NCBI GenBank assembly: GCA_963693055.1
Contig: OY843751.1
Coordinates: 1,696,001-1,760,000 of the forward strand
Origin: a bacterium
GTDB lineage: Bacteria; Zhuqueibacterota; Zhuqueibacteria; Residuimicrobiales; Krinioviventaceae
DNA: 64,000 nt
Direction: 5' to 3'
Shown in pieces: positions 50,497 to 59,279 of the stretch. The notes beneath the pieces are model-generated. The model made no database searches, was not told the DNA's origin, and saw only the letters and a program-made list of their open reading frames with translations. The first letter of the stretch is position 1; each line of letters begins with the position of its first letter. The position numbers were made by a program, and so were the translations under genes.

Positions 50497-50526
50497 TTCT
50501 CAGGTCCTCCAAAAGTAAAATTTAAC

Positions 50527-50546
50527 GGGGTGGAGAAATCCACCCC
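50527..50546 (-). other. Intergenic stem-loop within the glycosidase cluster
   Basis: GGGGTGGA-GAAA-TCCACCCC perfect 8-bp stem; no strong U-tract. Confidence 0.6.
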
Positions 50547-50559
50547 AAAGATTTAATCA

Positions 50560-52170
50560 TTAAAAGGGACTGATTTGAGATTCAGGTTTGCCGGATTGTA
50601 AAAATTTTCCGCTTTCATGGATTTTAATGATATTCCAATCTCTTCCATTGCGTGTTGCAAATGTATATATACTGCCATCATCAGATATTTCTTCAAACGC
50701 TCTTGCAACCTGAACAGTATTGATCTGTTCTTTTAATGTTTGCAATACAGCATCCGGTACCATATTTTCTTCAACGCCGGTAAATTCTTTACCATTGATT
50801 TTTGTATTTGAAGCATTAATTCGTTTTACATTGATGAAACGATTGCCATTGGCTGCGTTATTAAAGGTACAGTTGTTCAAGGTAATATCAGTCACTGGTG
50901 AATTGGGGTATCCCATCAAGAGTAAGCCAAAATTGCTTTTTTCGCAGGTTACGTCGCTGACTTTAATGTTTTTGACAGAAGGAGTAAACTCGCCCGCATC
51001 TCCATTTTCATAGTAAAAGTTGACTCGGACCACTGCATCAGAAACCTGGCCGACACGAACATTGCGGAAATAGATATTTTCTACATTACCGCCTCGTAAA
51101 GAGTTGGTTTTGATACGCAGCGCGCGTTCCAGATTGGGACTGTCCATTTCACAATTTTCAGCAAAAATATTAATTGCTCCACCGGTAATTTCGCTGCCAA
51201 TTACAACACCACCGTGTCCGTCTTTCATTGTACAATTGCGAACAATTATGTTTTCGCAAGGTATATTGATTCTGCGTCCATCAGCATTTCGTCCGGATTT
51301 TAAAGCGATACAGTCATCACCCGTATCAAAAAAACAGTCTTCTATTAAAACATTTTTACATGATTCAGGGTCACAACCATCGTTGTTTGGACCGTGGCTG
51401 TTGATATGAACTCCGCGAACGATAACATTTTCACACAGAACAGGGTGCAGTTCCCACATGGGAGAGTTGACAATAGTAATACCTTCTATTAATACATTTT
51501 TACATCGGTAAGGTTGAACAAATTGTGGACGAAGAAAAGATCCTTTAGGAAATACACGTTCAACTACTGGTACATTGTTTTCCGCCCACTGGAACAATAT
51601 GGAGCGGGTTTCGCGCTGTGAATGTATTCCATCTTTCCAGCCGTAATGAGGTGCTCCACACATGGGCCACCAATTTTCTTTGTTCGCTTGTCCATTCAGA
51701 GTACCTTTACCGGTAATTGCAATATTTTCCTGCTCAAACGCATAAACAAATGGGGAATAGTTCATGACTTCAACACCTTCCCAGCGACTGTGCACAACCG
51801 GCAGGTATTTTTTAACATCCGGGCTAAAGAGGAGGGTGGCATTCTCTTCAAGATGCAGATTGACATTGCTTTTCAAGTGAACAGGTCCTGTGAGGTAATC
51901 TCCCGCAGGTACCAATACACGTCCGCCGCCAGCGGCATTACATTCGGTTATTGCTTTAGATATTGCGTCTGAACAATCGGTTTTGCCATCACCAATTGCG
52001 CCAAATTCTGTGATATTGAAATTCTTGTCCTGAAAAACCGGTTCTTTAATCTGCTCAAGAATTTCCGGCAAAAGGTCCCAGCCGGTTTTGACTTGAGGTT
52101 GACAAGAAATCAGCAATCCTGAAATTAGTGTTAATACCAGGATTGTCAATAACGGTTTGAGGGTTTTCAT
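50560..52170 (-). CDS. GH28 exo-polygalacturonase-like lipoprotein with a C-terminal extension
   Basis: Lipobox LISC; PNNDG.DPES, TGDDCIALKSG, GHGGVVIGSE, RIKT (all four GH28 motifs). Confidence 0.93.
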   Translation of the reverse strand: MKTLKPLLTILVLTLISGLLISCQPQVKTGWDLLPEILEQIKEPVFQDKNFNITEFGAIGDGKTDCSDAISKAITECNAAGGGRVLVPAGDYLTGPVHLKSNVNLHLEENATLLFSPDVKKYLPVVHSRWEGVEVMNYSPFVYAFEQENIAITGKGTLNGQANKENWWPMCGAPHYGWKDGIHSQRETRSILFQWAENNVPVVERVFPKGSFLRPQFVQPYRCKNVLIEGITIVNSPMWELHPVLCENVIVRGVHINSHGPNNDGCDPESCKNVLIEDCFFDTGDDCIALKSGRNADGRRINIPCENIIVRNCTMKDGHGGVVIGSEITGGAINIFAENCEMDSPNLERALRIKTNSLRGGNVENIYFRNVRVGQVSDAVVRVNFYYENGDAGEFTPSVKNIKVSDVTCEKSNFGLLLMGYPNSPVTDITLNNCTFNNAANGNRFINVKRINASNTKINGKEFTGVEENMVPDAVLQTLKEQINTVQVARAFEEISDDGSIYTFATRNGRDWNIIKIHESGKFLQSGKPESQISPF

Positions 52171-52185
52171 GTTTACTACTCCTTT

Positions 52186-53916
52186 TTAAGATTTAATCTC
52201 GCATTTACGCCATTTACGAACCGAGTTTATCAAAAATAATTCTTTGGCTTGAATTACATCCGATTGATACAAGATCCGCTCTTTTATTTCACCCTTTTTT
52301 AACAAATGCTCCCGAAAGGTCCCTGCCAATAATCCGCAAGAAACCGGTGGGGTATAAAGTATATCGTTTATATTTACTACCAGATTGTGCATGCTGGTTT
52401 CTGTAATTTCCCCTTTGTGATTATAAAGCAAAACGTCATCATATTCCTGGTGTAAATTAATGTATGTATCATAGATTTTTCGGTTTGTCGTTTTGTGGTA
52501 TAACCAAACCGATGATTTATCAACAGGTTCATTTGCAAAGCAAATACGGGCCATAGTGTTTGGATCTGCTTCTATCATGAATGATTGTATTTCTACATTA
52601 CCGACGGAATCAACCAGCAAGCGCACACGTGTAGAATTTTTAAATGATTTAGCTGATTGGTTCAGCTTTTCAAGTATATATTGGTTGTTGATCTTGAAAC
52701 CAAAGTAACGGGCAGATTGACGTAAACGTTTAAGGTGTATGTCAAGAAGAAAAAAGCCCATATGAGGTTGCCATAACAGGGTTTCTAATAAGCGAAAAGG
52801 TTCATATTTGTGATTTAATATTTTTGCTTTTAATAGGGATTCTTGAAATTCATCATGTGGTTTGGAATCCCAGACAATACCGCTGCCTATATTATAAACG
52901 GCTTTACCTGTACTTTTGTTCTGAATTAATGTGCGAATTGCTACATTAAATTGTGCTTTTTTATCCGGAGATACATAACCGATGCTTCCGGTATAGATAC
53001 CACGCGGATAATTTTCCAGTTGATTTATAATGTGCATTGTACTGACTTTGGGGGCCCCAGTAATGGATGCGCAAGGGAATAGGGCTTTAAATATATCGCT
53101 CACTGGTGCAAGCGTTCTAGATTGAACGGTAGATGTCATTTGCCAGACTGTAGGATACTGTTCTATACTGTAAAGTTTAGGTACGGAAACACTATTTAAT
53201 TCAGCAATGCGTCCCATATCGTTTCTGATCATATCTACAATCATAACATTTTCAGCGCGGTTTTTGGTACTGTATTTTAAATTGCGTTTACTTTGAGCAT
53301 CTTTTAAAGAGTATTTACCACGAGGTGCGGTGCCTTTCATAGGCTTGGAATAGAGTCTGGTTCCATCCAGTTTAAAAAATAATTCAGGAGAAGCTGAGCA
53401 TATTATATGTGTTTCGGTTTCAACCAGCGCTGCATAGGGTGCTTTTTGTGCATGGACCATGTGATGGAACAGGGAATAATAACTCCCTTTAAATGTTGAA
53501 TATAACGGGAATGTAAAATTAACCTGATATGTATTACCCTGTTGAATTTGCTGTTTTATGGTGTCTATTGCGGAATAATATTGCGATTCGTAAATAGCCG
53601 ATTGCCATGCTGTGAAAGAATATTCCTTGGTTCCATCAAAAGGTAATTCAGCAAGTTCCCGGGGTTGTTTAAATAAGCCAAATGTCATTAATGGATATTC
53701 AGAAAGTGAATGGACTTTTAAGTGTGGATCAAATGCAGAAGACGCTTCATAACCAAGAAAACCCGCAGCCCAAAGGTTTCCATCTTTGATTCGTTTTTCG
53801 ATATAACAAAGCTGGTCTATTATTGTATTGCTATCAAATGATGAAACTATCTCGACAGGATCATCAAAAATAAGCCACTTGTTATCAGTATTATTATAAA
53901 GATGAATTTTTAACAT
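52186..53916 (-). CDS. pabB: Aminodeoxychorismate synthase component I fused to ADC lyase (PabB-PabC)
   Basis: YQVNFT, SASPELFF, PMKGT, AENVMIVDMIRND, FPCASITGAPK, FNVAIRT, GSGIVWDS; C-terminal LLETL, HKTT.R, GLLAGTFR, NSVR (aminotransferase class IV). Confidence 0.92.
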   Translation of the reverse strand: MLKIHLYNNTDNKWLIFDDPVEIVSSFDSNTIIDQLCYIEKRIKDGNLWAAGFLGYEASSAFDPHLKVHSLSEYPLMTFGLFKQPRELAELPFDGTKEYSFTAWQSAIYESQYYSAIDTIKQQIQQGNTYQVNFTFPLYSTFKGSYYSLFHHMVHAQKAPYAALVETETHIICSASPELFFKLDGTRLYSKPMKGTAPRGKYSLKDAQSKRNLKYSTKNRAENVMIVDMIRNDMGRIAELNSVSVPKLYSIEQYPTVWQMTSTVQSRTLAPVSDIFKALFPCASITGAPKVSTMHIINQLENYPRGIYTGSIGYVSPDKKAQFNVAIRTLIQNKSTGKAVYNIGSGIVWDSKPHDEFQESLLKAKILNHKYEPFRLLETLLWQPHMGFFLLDIHLKRLRQSARYFGFKINNQYILEKLNQSAKSFKNSTRVRLLVDSVGNVEIQSFMIEADPNTMARICFANEPVDKSSVWLYHKTTNRKIYDTYINLHQEYDDVLLYNHKGEITETSMHNLVVNINDILYTPPVSCGLLAGTFREHLLKKGEIKERILYQSDVIQAKELFLINSVRKWRKCEIKS

Positions 53917-53977
53917 AAATCAGTGTTTGTTTTTAACTCTAATTTTGTTATTTTCCATACCCAAAGAAAGGTGTGTT

Positions 53978-54799
53978 ATGGAATTTAAATATAATAAAAA
54001 ATCTCGTGAAAAACTCATATATAATAACCCGGAAAAATTAAAAATAGCCCGGGATATGTTGGAACGTTATACCGGTGGTAATCTGTCTGACTTTAAAAAA
54101 CACATTATTTTAACCAATTTCAACAAATATATGCACGTTTTTGCAGAACGTTTCAATGCAGAAATTCATACAGGATCAGTAATGTCAGTCATTCATGCTG
54201 AAGATGTGAATGTGAGTATGGTGGATTTCAAGATTGGCGCTCCTACTGCTGCATTGATTATTGAATTGTTGGCCGTACTCGATCCGCAAGCCGTTTTGTT
54301 TTTGGGCATGTGTGGCGGATTGCATCCTTCACTTAAGGTTGGTGATTTTATTTTACCAATGGCCGCAATACGTGATGAAGGTGTATCTCAGAATTTCATA
54401 CCCAAGCAAGTACCCAGTTTACCAACCTTTAAAATACAAAAATTTGTAAGTCAAATGCTGGTAGATGATGGTTATGATTATCGTACCGGTGTGGTCCATA
54501 CAACAGATTATCGTTTTTGGGAATTTGACCATCGTTTTAAAAAGAAGCTTTATGAGGAACGTGCAATTGCAATTGACATGGAATGTGCTGCATTATTTTC
54601 GGTTGGCTTTGTAAGCAAAGTACCTATTGGTGCGCTTTTACTGGTGTCTGATATGCCTTTAAAAGAGGGCGGGATCAAGACCAAAGCCTCGTCAAAGCAG
54701 GTTTTTCATGATTTTACTCAAATCCATATTGATGTGGGTATACGTTCCATGGTTGATATTCAGGATCGTGGAGAGCATATTCGTCATTATCGCTGGTAG
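53978..54799 (+). CDS. amn: AMP nucleosidase (short type)
   Basis: LERYTG, ILLTNF-like, IGAPTAAL, LGMCGGL, AAIRDEG.S, TT..RFWE, IDME.A.LF, ALLLVSD.P; start ATG 53978. Confidence 0.85.
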   Translation: MEFKYNKKSREKLIYNNPEKLKIARDMLERYTGGNLSDFKKHIILTNFNKYMHVFAERFNAEIHTGSVMSVIHAEDVNVSMVDFKIGAPTAALIIELLAVLDPQAVLFLGMCGGLHPSLKVGDFILPMAAIRDEGVSQNFIPKQVPSLPTFKIQKFVSQMLVDDGYDYRTGVVHTTDYRFWEFDHRFKKKLYEERAIAIDMECAALFSVGFVSKVPIGALLLVSDMPLKEGGIKTKASSKQVFHDFTQIHIDVGIRSMVDIQDRGEHIRHYRW

Positions 54800-54801
54800 T
54801 T

Positions 54802-55260
54802 TTAATTGTTAGAAATACGACCGCTCATTTGGGTGATATTTACTTTTATAATGCATGTTTTTTCCAAAGGACCTTCTTTATAAGTAAAAGGAGGCTCAGT
54901 GTATTGTGACATGATTATGTCGAGTGCTTTGATTTTATCCTCTCGATCTGTAATTAATTCTGCAGCTCCATATCCTACAACACTTTTATAAAAAGATGAC
55001 CAGCCACAGGCATGATCTGAAGGTAATAGTTCTACATCGCAATCCATTTCAAAACTCACATTCGAATTTTGATTCAATAAATCAATTTTTTTACCATAAT
55101 GACCTGTATGAAAATAGAGAGCATTGTCTTTATAGCCAAAATTTAATGGAACAATATAAGGGCGATTGTCAACACTCATTGCCAGTCTGCATAGCTGACA
55201 TTTGCGAATAATTGATTCAATTTCCTGAATATCCTTGACTTCTTTTTCCTTTTTTCTCAT
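54802..55260 (-). CDS. NimA/pyridoxamine 5'-phosphate oxidase-like flavin-binding protein
   Basis: MRKKEKE, CRLAM....PYIVPLNFGY...LYFH....G.K, Y.SVVG.G. Confidence 0.88.
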   Translation of the reverse strand: MRKKEKEVKDIQEIESIIRKCQLCRLAMSVDNRPYIVPLNFGYKDNALYFHTGHYGKKIDLLNQNSNVSFEMDCDVELLPSDHACGWSSFYKSVVGYGAAELITDREDKIKALDIIMSQYTEPPFTYKEGPLEKTCIIKVNITQMSGRISNN

Positions 55261-55361
55261 ATTAATAATACCTAAAGTTTGTGGTGTTGATTTCAAGATC
55301 TGGGTTTATTTAGGGGTTATTATCATAATTTTATTTTGTTTTGAAAAATAGTGATAAATGT

Positions 55362-55817
55362 ATGGCCAATCAAGAGGAAAGTATAAATCTGCAAAAAAGA
55401 TTGCTGTTAAACCGGATTCTGACATTGCTGGATGAGTACAAAAAAGAAGGTAATAAACAAAATATTGCCCTGGTGCTGGAGGTGTGTGGAAGACAATGCG
55501 CACAAACCGGTGCTATTCAACTGGCAAATGAATGTGACGGAGATTTGGAAAAGTTTTTAATAAATCTGGGGCATGTGATTGGTGAAAACAATATTGTGAA
55601 ATCTGAAAATTGTATTACAATACGCTATGATGAGTGTTATTGTACACTGGTTGTAGAAAATACCGGATTACCGGAAATCTTGTGTGAATGTTCCTGTGGC
55701 TGGGTAAAGGAAATGTTTGAAACAGTCTTGAAAAGGCCAGTCATGGTTGAAGGAATAGGCTCTATTATACGGGGAGATCCGCAATGTGAATTCAAGATTC
55801 ACATTGAGAATCAGTAA
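55362..55817 (+). CDS. Cys-rich V4R-like/DUF6144-type protein
   Basis: CGRQC, CYC.LV, CECS.GW...FE.VL..PV.VE...SI..GD..C.F.I. Confidence 0.7.
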   Translation: MANQEESINLQKRLLLNRILTLLDEYKKEGNKQNIALVLEVCGRQCAQTGAIQLANECDGDLEKFLINLGHVIGENNIVKSENCITIRYDECYCTLVVENTGLPEILCECSCGWVKEMFETVLKRPVMVEGIGSIIRGDPQCEFKIHIENQ

Positions 55818-56964
55818 TTGGGAAACCTATTGTTATAATTGTACCCTCGTTTACCTTACTATCCAATTTAATATATCCATTATGCTCATCAAGAATATTT
55901 TTAACAATGGGTAGGCCCAAACCAGTACCTTTTCCTTCTGATTTGGTGGTAAAGAAGGGATTGAAAATTTTATCTTTAATCTCGTCGGGTATACCCGAGC
56001 CTGTATCTGAAAAAGTTATTTCAAAATAACTATTATTATTGCTTTTTTGTGTGGTAATGGAGAGTTTACCACCGCTTGACATGGCGTGTGCGGCATTGAT
56101 TTCGAGATTACGAATAACTTGCTCTATAAGATTGCGATCTCCACATACATACTGGGTTTCATCATCCAATTGAATGTCAACCTGTACATATTTTAAAACT
56201 CCACTCATGATCAAGGTGTCAGTGGTTTGGCTGACAATTTGATTGAGGTCAAGCGGTTGGAGCCTGGGCTTTGATGGCTTGCTCAAAGATAGCAGGTTTT
56301 TACCGTGAAGGGCGACTTTTTCAAGATTGGTTAAAATATATTCGTTGATTTCTTTAATCTTGTCCGGTTTGTCATAATTTTCCTGCAGCAATTTAGAGTG
56401 GATCAGCATGCCGCCAACAAGGTTGTTTAACTCGTGTCCAATGGTTCCTGCAATAATACCCAGGGTTGCCTGTTTTTCAGTCTGAACTAGTTGGTTGTGG
56501 GCTTGTTTTAGTTCTGAAATATCTTTATACATGAGAGATACAGCATCTACTTTTTTGTTATCATCAAAAATGGGGGATGCTGAAAGCAGTACATTTTTTG
56601 GGGTACCTGATTTTGTATAACGAATGGCTTCGAGACTGCGAATGGATTCACCATTGAGAACGCGAATTGATAGATTTTCCGCTTCATCCCGAACACTTTC
56701 CTGAACCACCAGTATATCAATGTCTTTACCCAGTACTTCTTCTTCAGTGTAACCAAAAATATTTGTGGCGCCCATATTCCAGGAAGTAATTTTTTTATCC
56801 GGATTGATTGATATAATTGCATCCGCTGCAAATTCAACAATTGATCTGTAGCGTTGTTCTGATTCGCGAAGATCATTTATCATTTCCCAAACCAGTTTTT
56901 CCAAAGTACCGGAAATTGTCTTGATCTGGGATGCGTATTTTATTGCTTTTTCTTTCTTTTTCAT
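55792..56964 (-). CDS. PAS sensor histidine kinase (NtrB-like HisKA + HATPase)
   Basis: PAS (DAII...SWN.GA..IFGY); GHELNN H-box; NLEINAAHAM; DTGSGI; FNPFFTTK; GTGLGL. Confidence 0.92.
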   Translation of the reverse strand: MKKKEKAIKYASQIKTISGTLEKLVWEMINDLRESEQRYRSIVEFAADAIISINPDKKITSWNMGATNIFGYTEEEVLGKDIDILVVQESVRDEAENLSIRVLNGESIRSLEAIRYTKSGTPKNVLLSASPIFDDNKKVDAVSLMYKDISELKQAHNQLVQTEKQATLGIIAGTIGHELNNLVGGMLIHSKLLQENYDKPDKIKEINEYILTNLEKVALHGKNLLSLSKPSKPRLQPLDLNQIVSQTTDTLIMSGVLKYVQVDIQLDDETQYVCGDRNLIEQVIRNLEINAAHAMSSGGKLSITTQKSNNNSYFEITFSDTGSGIPDEIKDKIFNPFFTTKSEGKGTGLGLPIVKNILDEHNGYIKLDSKVNEGTIITIGFPITDSQCES

Positions 56965-57033
56965 ATTTCTTTCTTGTAATTCATAGAGTTTTTAATTTAG
57001 TGATTTTTATAATTAAATCAAACAATCAACTTT

Positions 57034-57070
57034 TGTACCTGACAATCCATTCGTTGTACCCAGAGGTACA
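57034..57070. promoter_or_regulatory. Tandem enhancer-binding-protein site candidates
   Basis: TGTACC-CAGA-GGTACA palindrome (57055-70) plus a second TGTACC half-site 21 bp upstream (57034). Confidence 0.6.
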
Positions 57071-57146
57071 TTGGGCAGTTTTTAAAGTATGTGATATTTT
57101 CTTTAATTTATTGTTTTTATTGTGTTTGGGTCTATCGTTGTGCTTT

Positions 57147-57161
57147 TGGCACCGCTGTTGC
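57147..57161 (+). promoter_or_regulatory. Sigma54 (-24/-12) promoter of the YXWGXW gene
   Basis: TGGCAC-CGCTG-TTGC, 40 nt upstream of ATG 57201 (AGGAG RBS). Confidence 0.85.
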
Positions 57162-57200
57162 TTGATTTATAGTAGAAATCAAAACAAAGGAGATAGAGTC

Positions 57201-57512
57201 ATGAAAAAGATGAATGCGATATTATTGATAACCATGTTTGTATTGGGAATGGGATTGTTTGCAACATCCACTGCGGCTGTTGTTTATGTACGTAAAGCCC
57301 CACCTGCACGAAAGACTGTAATAGTAAAACCTGCCAGGCCTCACCATAATTCTGTATGGGTTAGCGGACATTGGGGATGGAGAAATGGAGTGCATATATG
57401 GGTTGATGGTAAATGGATCAGCTCAAAGAAAGACCATGTTTGGATTGATGGACATTGGAAGAAAACCGCCAAAGGGTGGATCTGGGTTGATGGTCATTGG
57501 AAAAAAAGATAA
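57201..57512 (+). CDS. Small secreted YXWGXW/WXXGXW-repeat protein
   Basis: Signal peptide; APPA linker; VWVSGHW, IWVDGKW, VWIDGHW, IWVDGHW. Confidence 0.88.
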   Translation: MKKMNAILLITMFVLGMGLFATSTAAVVYVRKAPPARKTVIVKPARPHHNSVWVSGHWGWRNGVHIWVDGKWISSKKDHVWIDGHWKKTAKGWIWVDGHWKKR

Positions 57513-57520
57513 TTCTTTAT

Positions 57521-57549
57521 AAAAAGCCGCATAGTAAATGCGGCTTTTT
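57521..57549. terminator. Bidirectional intrinsic terminator
   Basis: AAAAAGCCGCAT-AGTAA-ATGCGGCTTTTT. Confidence 0.85.
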
Positions 57550-57554
57550 TATGT

Positions 57555-58535
57555 TTATGAATCCAGTGCCTGCCATCCCAAAAATGAAGCTCCAAGTATG
57601 GCAGAATCATCTTTGAGTTCAGCAGCAACAATTCGGACATTTCGTGAAGCAATATCGAAAGCGTTTTCCTGAGCAACCTTACGAACGTTTTTTACATAGT
57701 TTTCACCAAAAGCTTCAACAATACCGCCGCCCAAGACGACAACTTCGGGATTGAAAATATTCAATAATGAACCCGTTGCTAATCCAATATAGTGAGACGA
57801 TCTATCCAAAGCTTCTCTAACTACAGGATCGTTTTCAGAATAGCTTTTAAATAACGAACTGCTGCGTATTTTTTCTTTTCTTTTGGGTAATAATTCAAAA
57901 ATAGAAGATTCTCGTCCGTTAATTTCTTCAATTCTAATATATTTTTCTATGGCTGTACGGCTTGCAAATGCTTCCAGGCAACCTCTGTTGCCACAACCAC
58001 ACAAGGGTCCATTGGGATCCATGATCATGTGACCCAGTTCACCGGCATTTTCATTAAATCCATGAAGCAGATTGCCATTGATAATAACGCCTCCGCCAAT
58101 ACCTGTTCCTACAAACAGACCAACCATATGTTTGGCGCCATGACCGGCACCATATGCATATTCGCCCAGCAAGCCAACATTACCATCATTATCAATTTTT
58201 ACCGGTTTTTTTAATGTTTTTTCTAAACGGGATTTTAGCGGTGCATCTTTCCAGCCCAGGTTTGGTGTCTCAATTACTTTACCCTCAGTTAAATCCAATG
58301 GGCCAGGGGAGCCGAGACCAATAGCTCCGATTTGAGATAGTGAAAGCCCCGCATTTTTGATTGCTTCCATAACGCAGTCAAATATTCTATCTACAACTGT
58401 GTTGAATCCTAATTCCCCTTTGGTTCTTGTTTTAGCAGTACTAATAATTTTTCCTTTTTTGTCAATTACAGCAGAGAAAATTTTAGTAGCGCCCAGATCT
58501 ACTCCTACAACATATTTGTACTTTTTTGCATCCAT
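57555..58535 (-). CDS. ROK-family sugar kinase (glucokinase-like)
   Basis: GVDLGATK, GSPGP, NDGN, GTGIGGG, GELGH, CGCGNRGCLEA, GGGI. Confidence 0.92.
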   Translation of the reverse strand: MDAKKYKYVVGVDLGATKIFSAVIDKKGKIISTAKTRTKGELGFNTVVDRIFDCVMEAIKNAGLSLSQIGAIGLGSPGPLDLTEGKVIETPNLGWKDAPLKSRLEKTLKKPVKIDNDGNVGLLGEYAYGAGHGAKHMVGLFVGTGIGGGVIINGNLLHGFNENAGELGHMIMDPNGPLCGCGNRGCLEAFASRTAIEKYIRIEEINGRESSIFELLPKRKEKIRSSSLFKSYSENDPVVREALDRSSHYIGLATGSLLNIFNPEVVVLGGGIVEAFGENYVKNVRKVAQENAFDIASRNVRIVAAELKDDSAILGASFLGWQALDS

Positions 58536-58718
58536 ACATCTGTCCCTGTGTTGTTTTCAAGTGTCTTAATATAATAAATAAACTCAATATACTCAAACAT
58601 TTAATATTGAAAAATCTTATGTGCAGAATTGTATATCTATATTATCGGCATTTTAACGTAAAATTTATAAAAAAATGGCCTAAAAGTCTAAAAAAAATGA
58701 ATTAAATAATGATTTTAC

Positions 58719-58747
58719 TTGACATTAGTTCTTTTATAAACTATCTT
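58719..58747 (+). promoter_or_regulatory. Sigma70 promoter of the dcw operon
   Basis: TTGACA-N17-TATCTT upstream of mraZ. Confidence 0.75.
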
Positions 58748-58750
58748 AAA

Positions 58751-58800
58751 ATGAAGTGGTGACTTTAGGTGATTGTAGGCATTTTAGCGCTATTTTAGGC
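58751..58800 (+). promoter_or_regulatory. Candidate MraZ-binding repeat array
   Basis: GTGGT / TAGGT / TAGGC / (TAGCG) / TAGGC at ~10-bp period just downstream of the promoter. Confidence 0.5.
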
Positions 58801-58816
58801 AAAAAAACAAGCAAGA

Positions 58817-59269
58817 GTGGCAATGGCAGGTTTAATTGGAAAATATTCTGTTTCGCTGGATCCGAAAGGCAGACTGGCAATTCCGTCCAGGCATCGTAGT
58901 GCCTTTCCGGAATCGCAGCAAGACAAGATTGTTGTCACTCGAGGACTGCATAATTGTGTTACAGGATATTATCAGGAAAGATGGGATGAGTTGATCGAGA
59001 ACATTGAATCTGCTGATAGGACTTATGCAGAAAAACTTGCAATGCGCCGTGCGTTTGTTGGTAGTTCTGTTGAAACAGCATTTGATAAGCAGGGGCGAAT
59101 TACCCTGCCGTCACATTTGATAGAGTTTGCTGGTATGCAGGATTGTTCAGAGGTTATTGTGATGGGGTGTACCAATTATCTTGAAATCTGGAATCCAAAG
59201 GTCTTTGAAGAATATGAAGAGCAGAATGAGCAGTTGTTGCATAAAGTTTTAAATGAAATAAATATGTAG
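58817..59269 (+). CDS. mraZ: Transcriptional regulator MraZ
   Basis: G.Y..SLD.KGRL.IP, TRGL..C, D.QGRI.LP, G....LEIW; first gene of the dcw cluster. Confidence 0.95.
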   Translation: MAMAGLIGKYSVSLDPKGRLAIPSRHRSAFPESQQDKIVVTRGLHNCVTGYYQERWDELIENIESADRTYAEKLAMRRAFVGSSVETAFDKQGRITLPSHLIEFAGMQDCSEVIVMGCTNYLEIWNPKVFEEYEEQNEQLLHKVLNEINM

Positions 59270-59279
59270 ATGATGCAAA

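Noticed and set aside
56931-57200. N-terminal extension of the 193-aa ORF
   Set aside because: It runs through the promoter region; the RBS, signal peptide and sigma54 box all point to ATG 57201.
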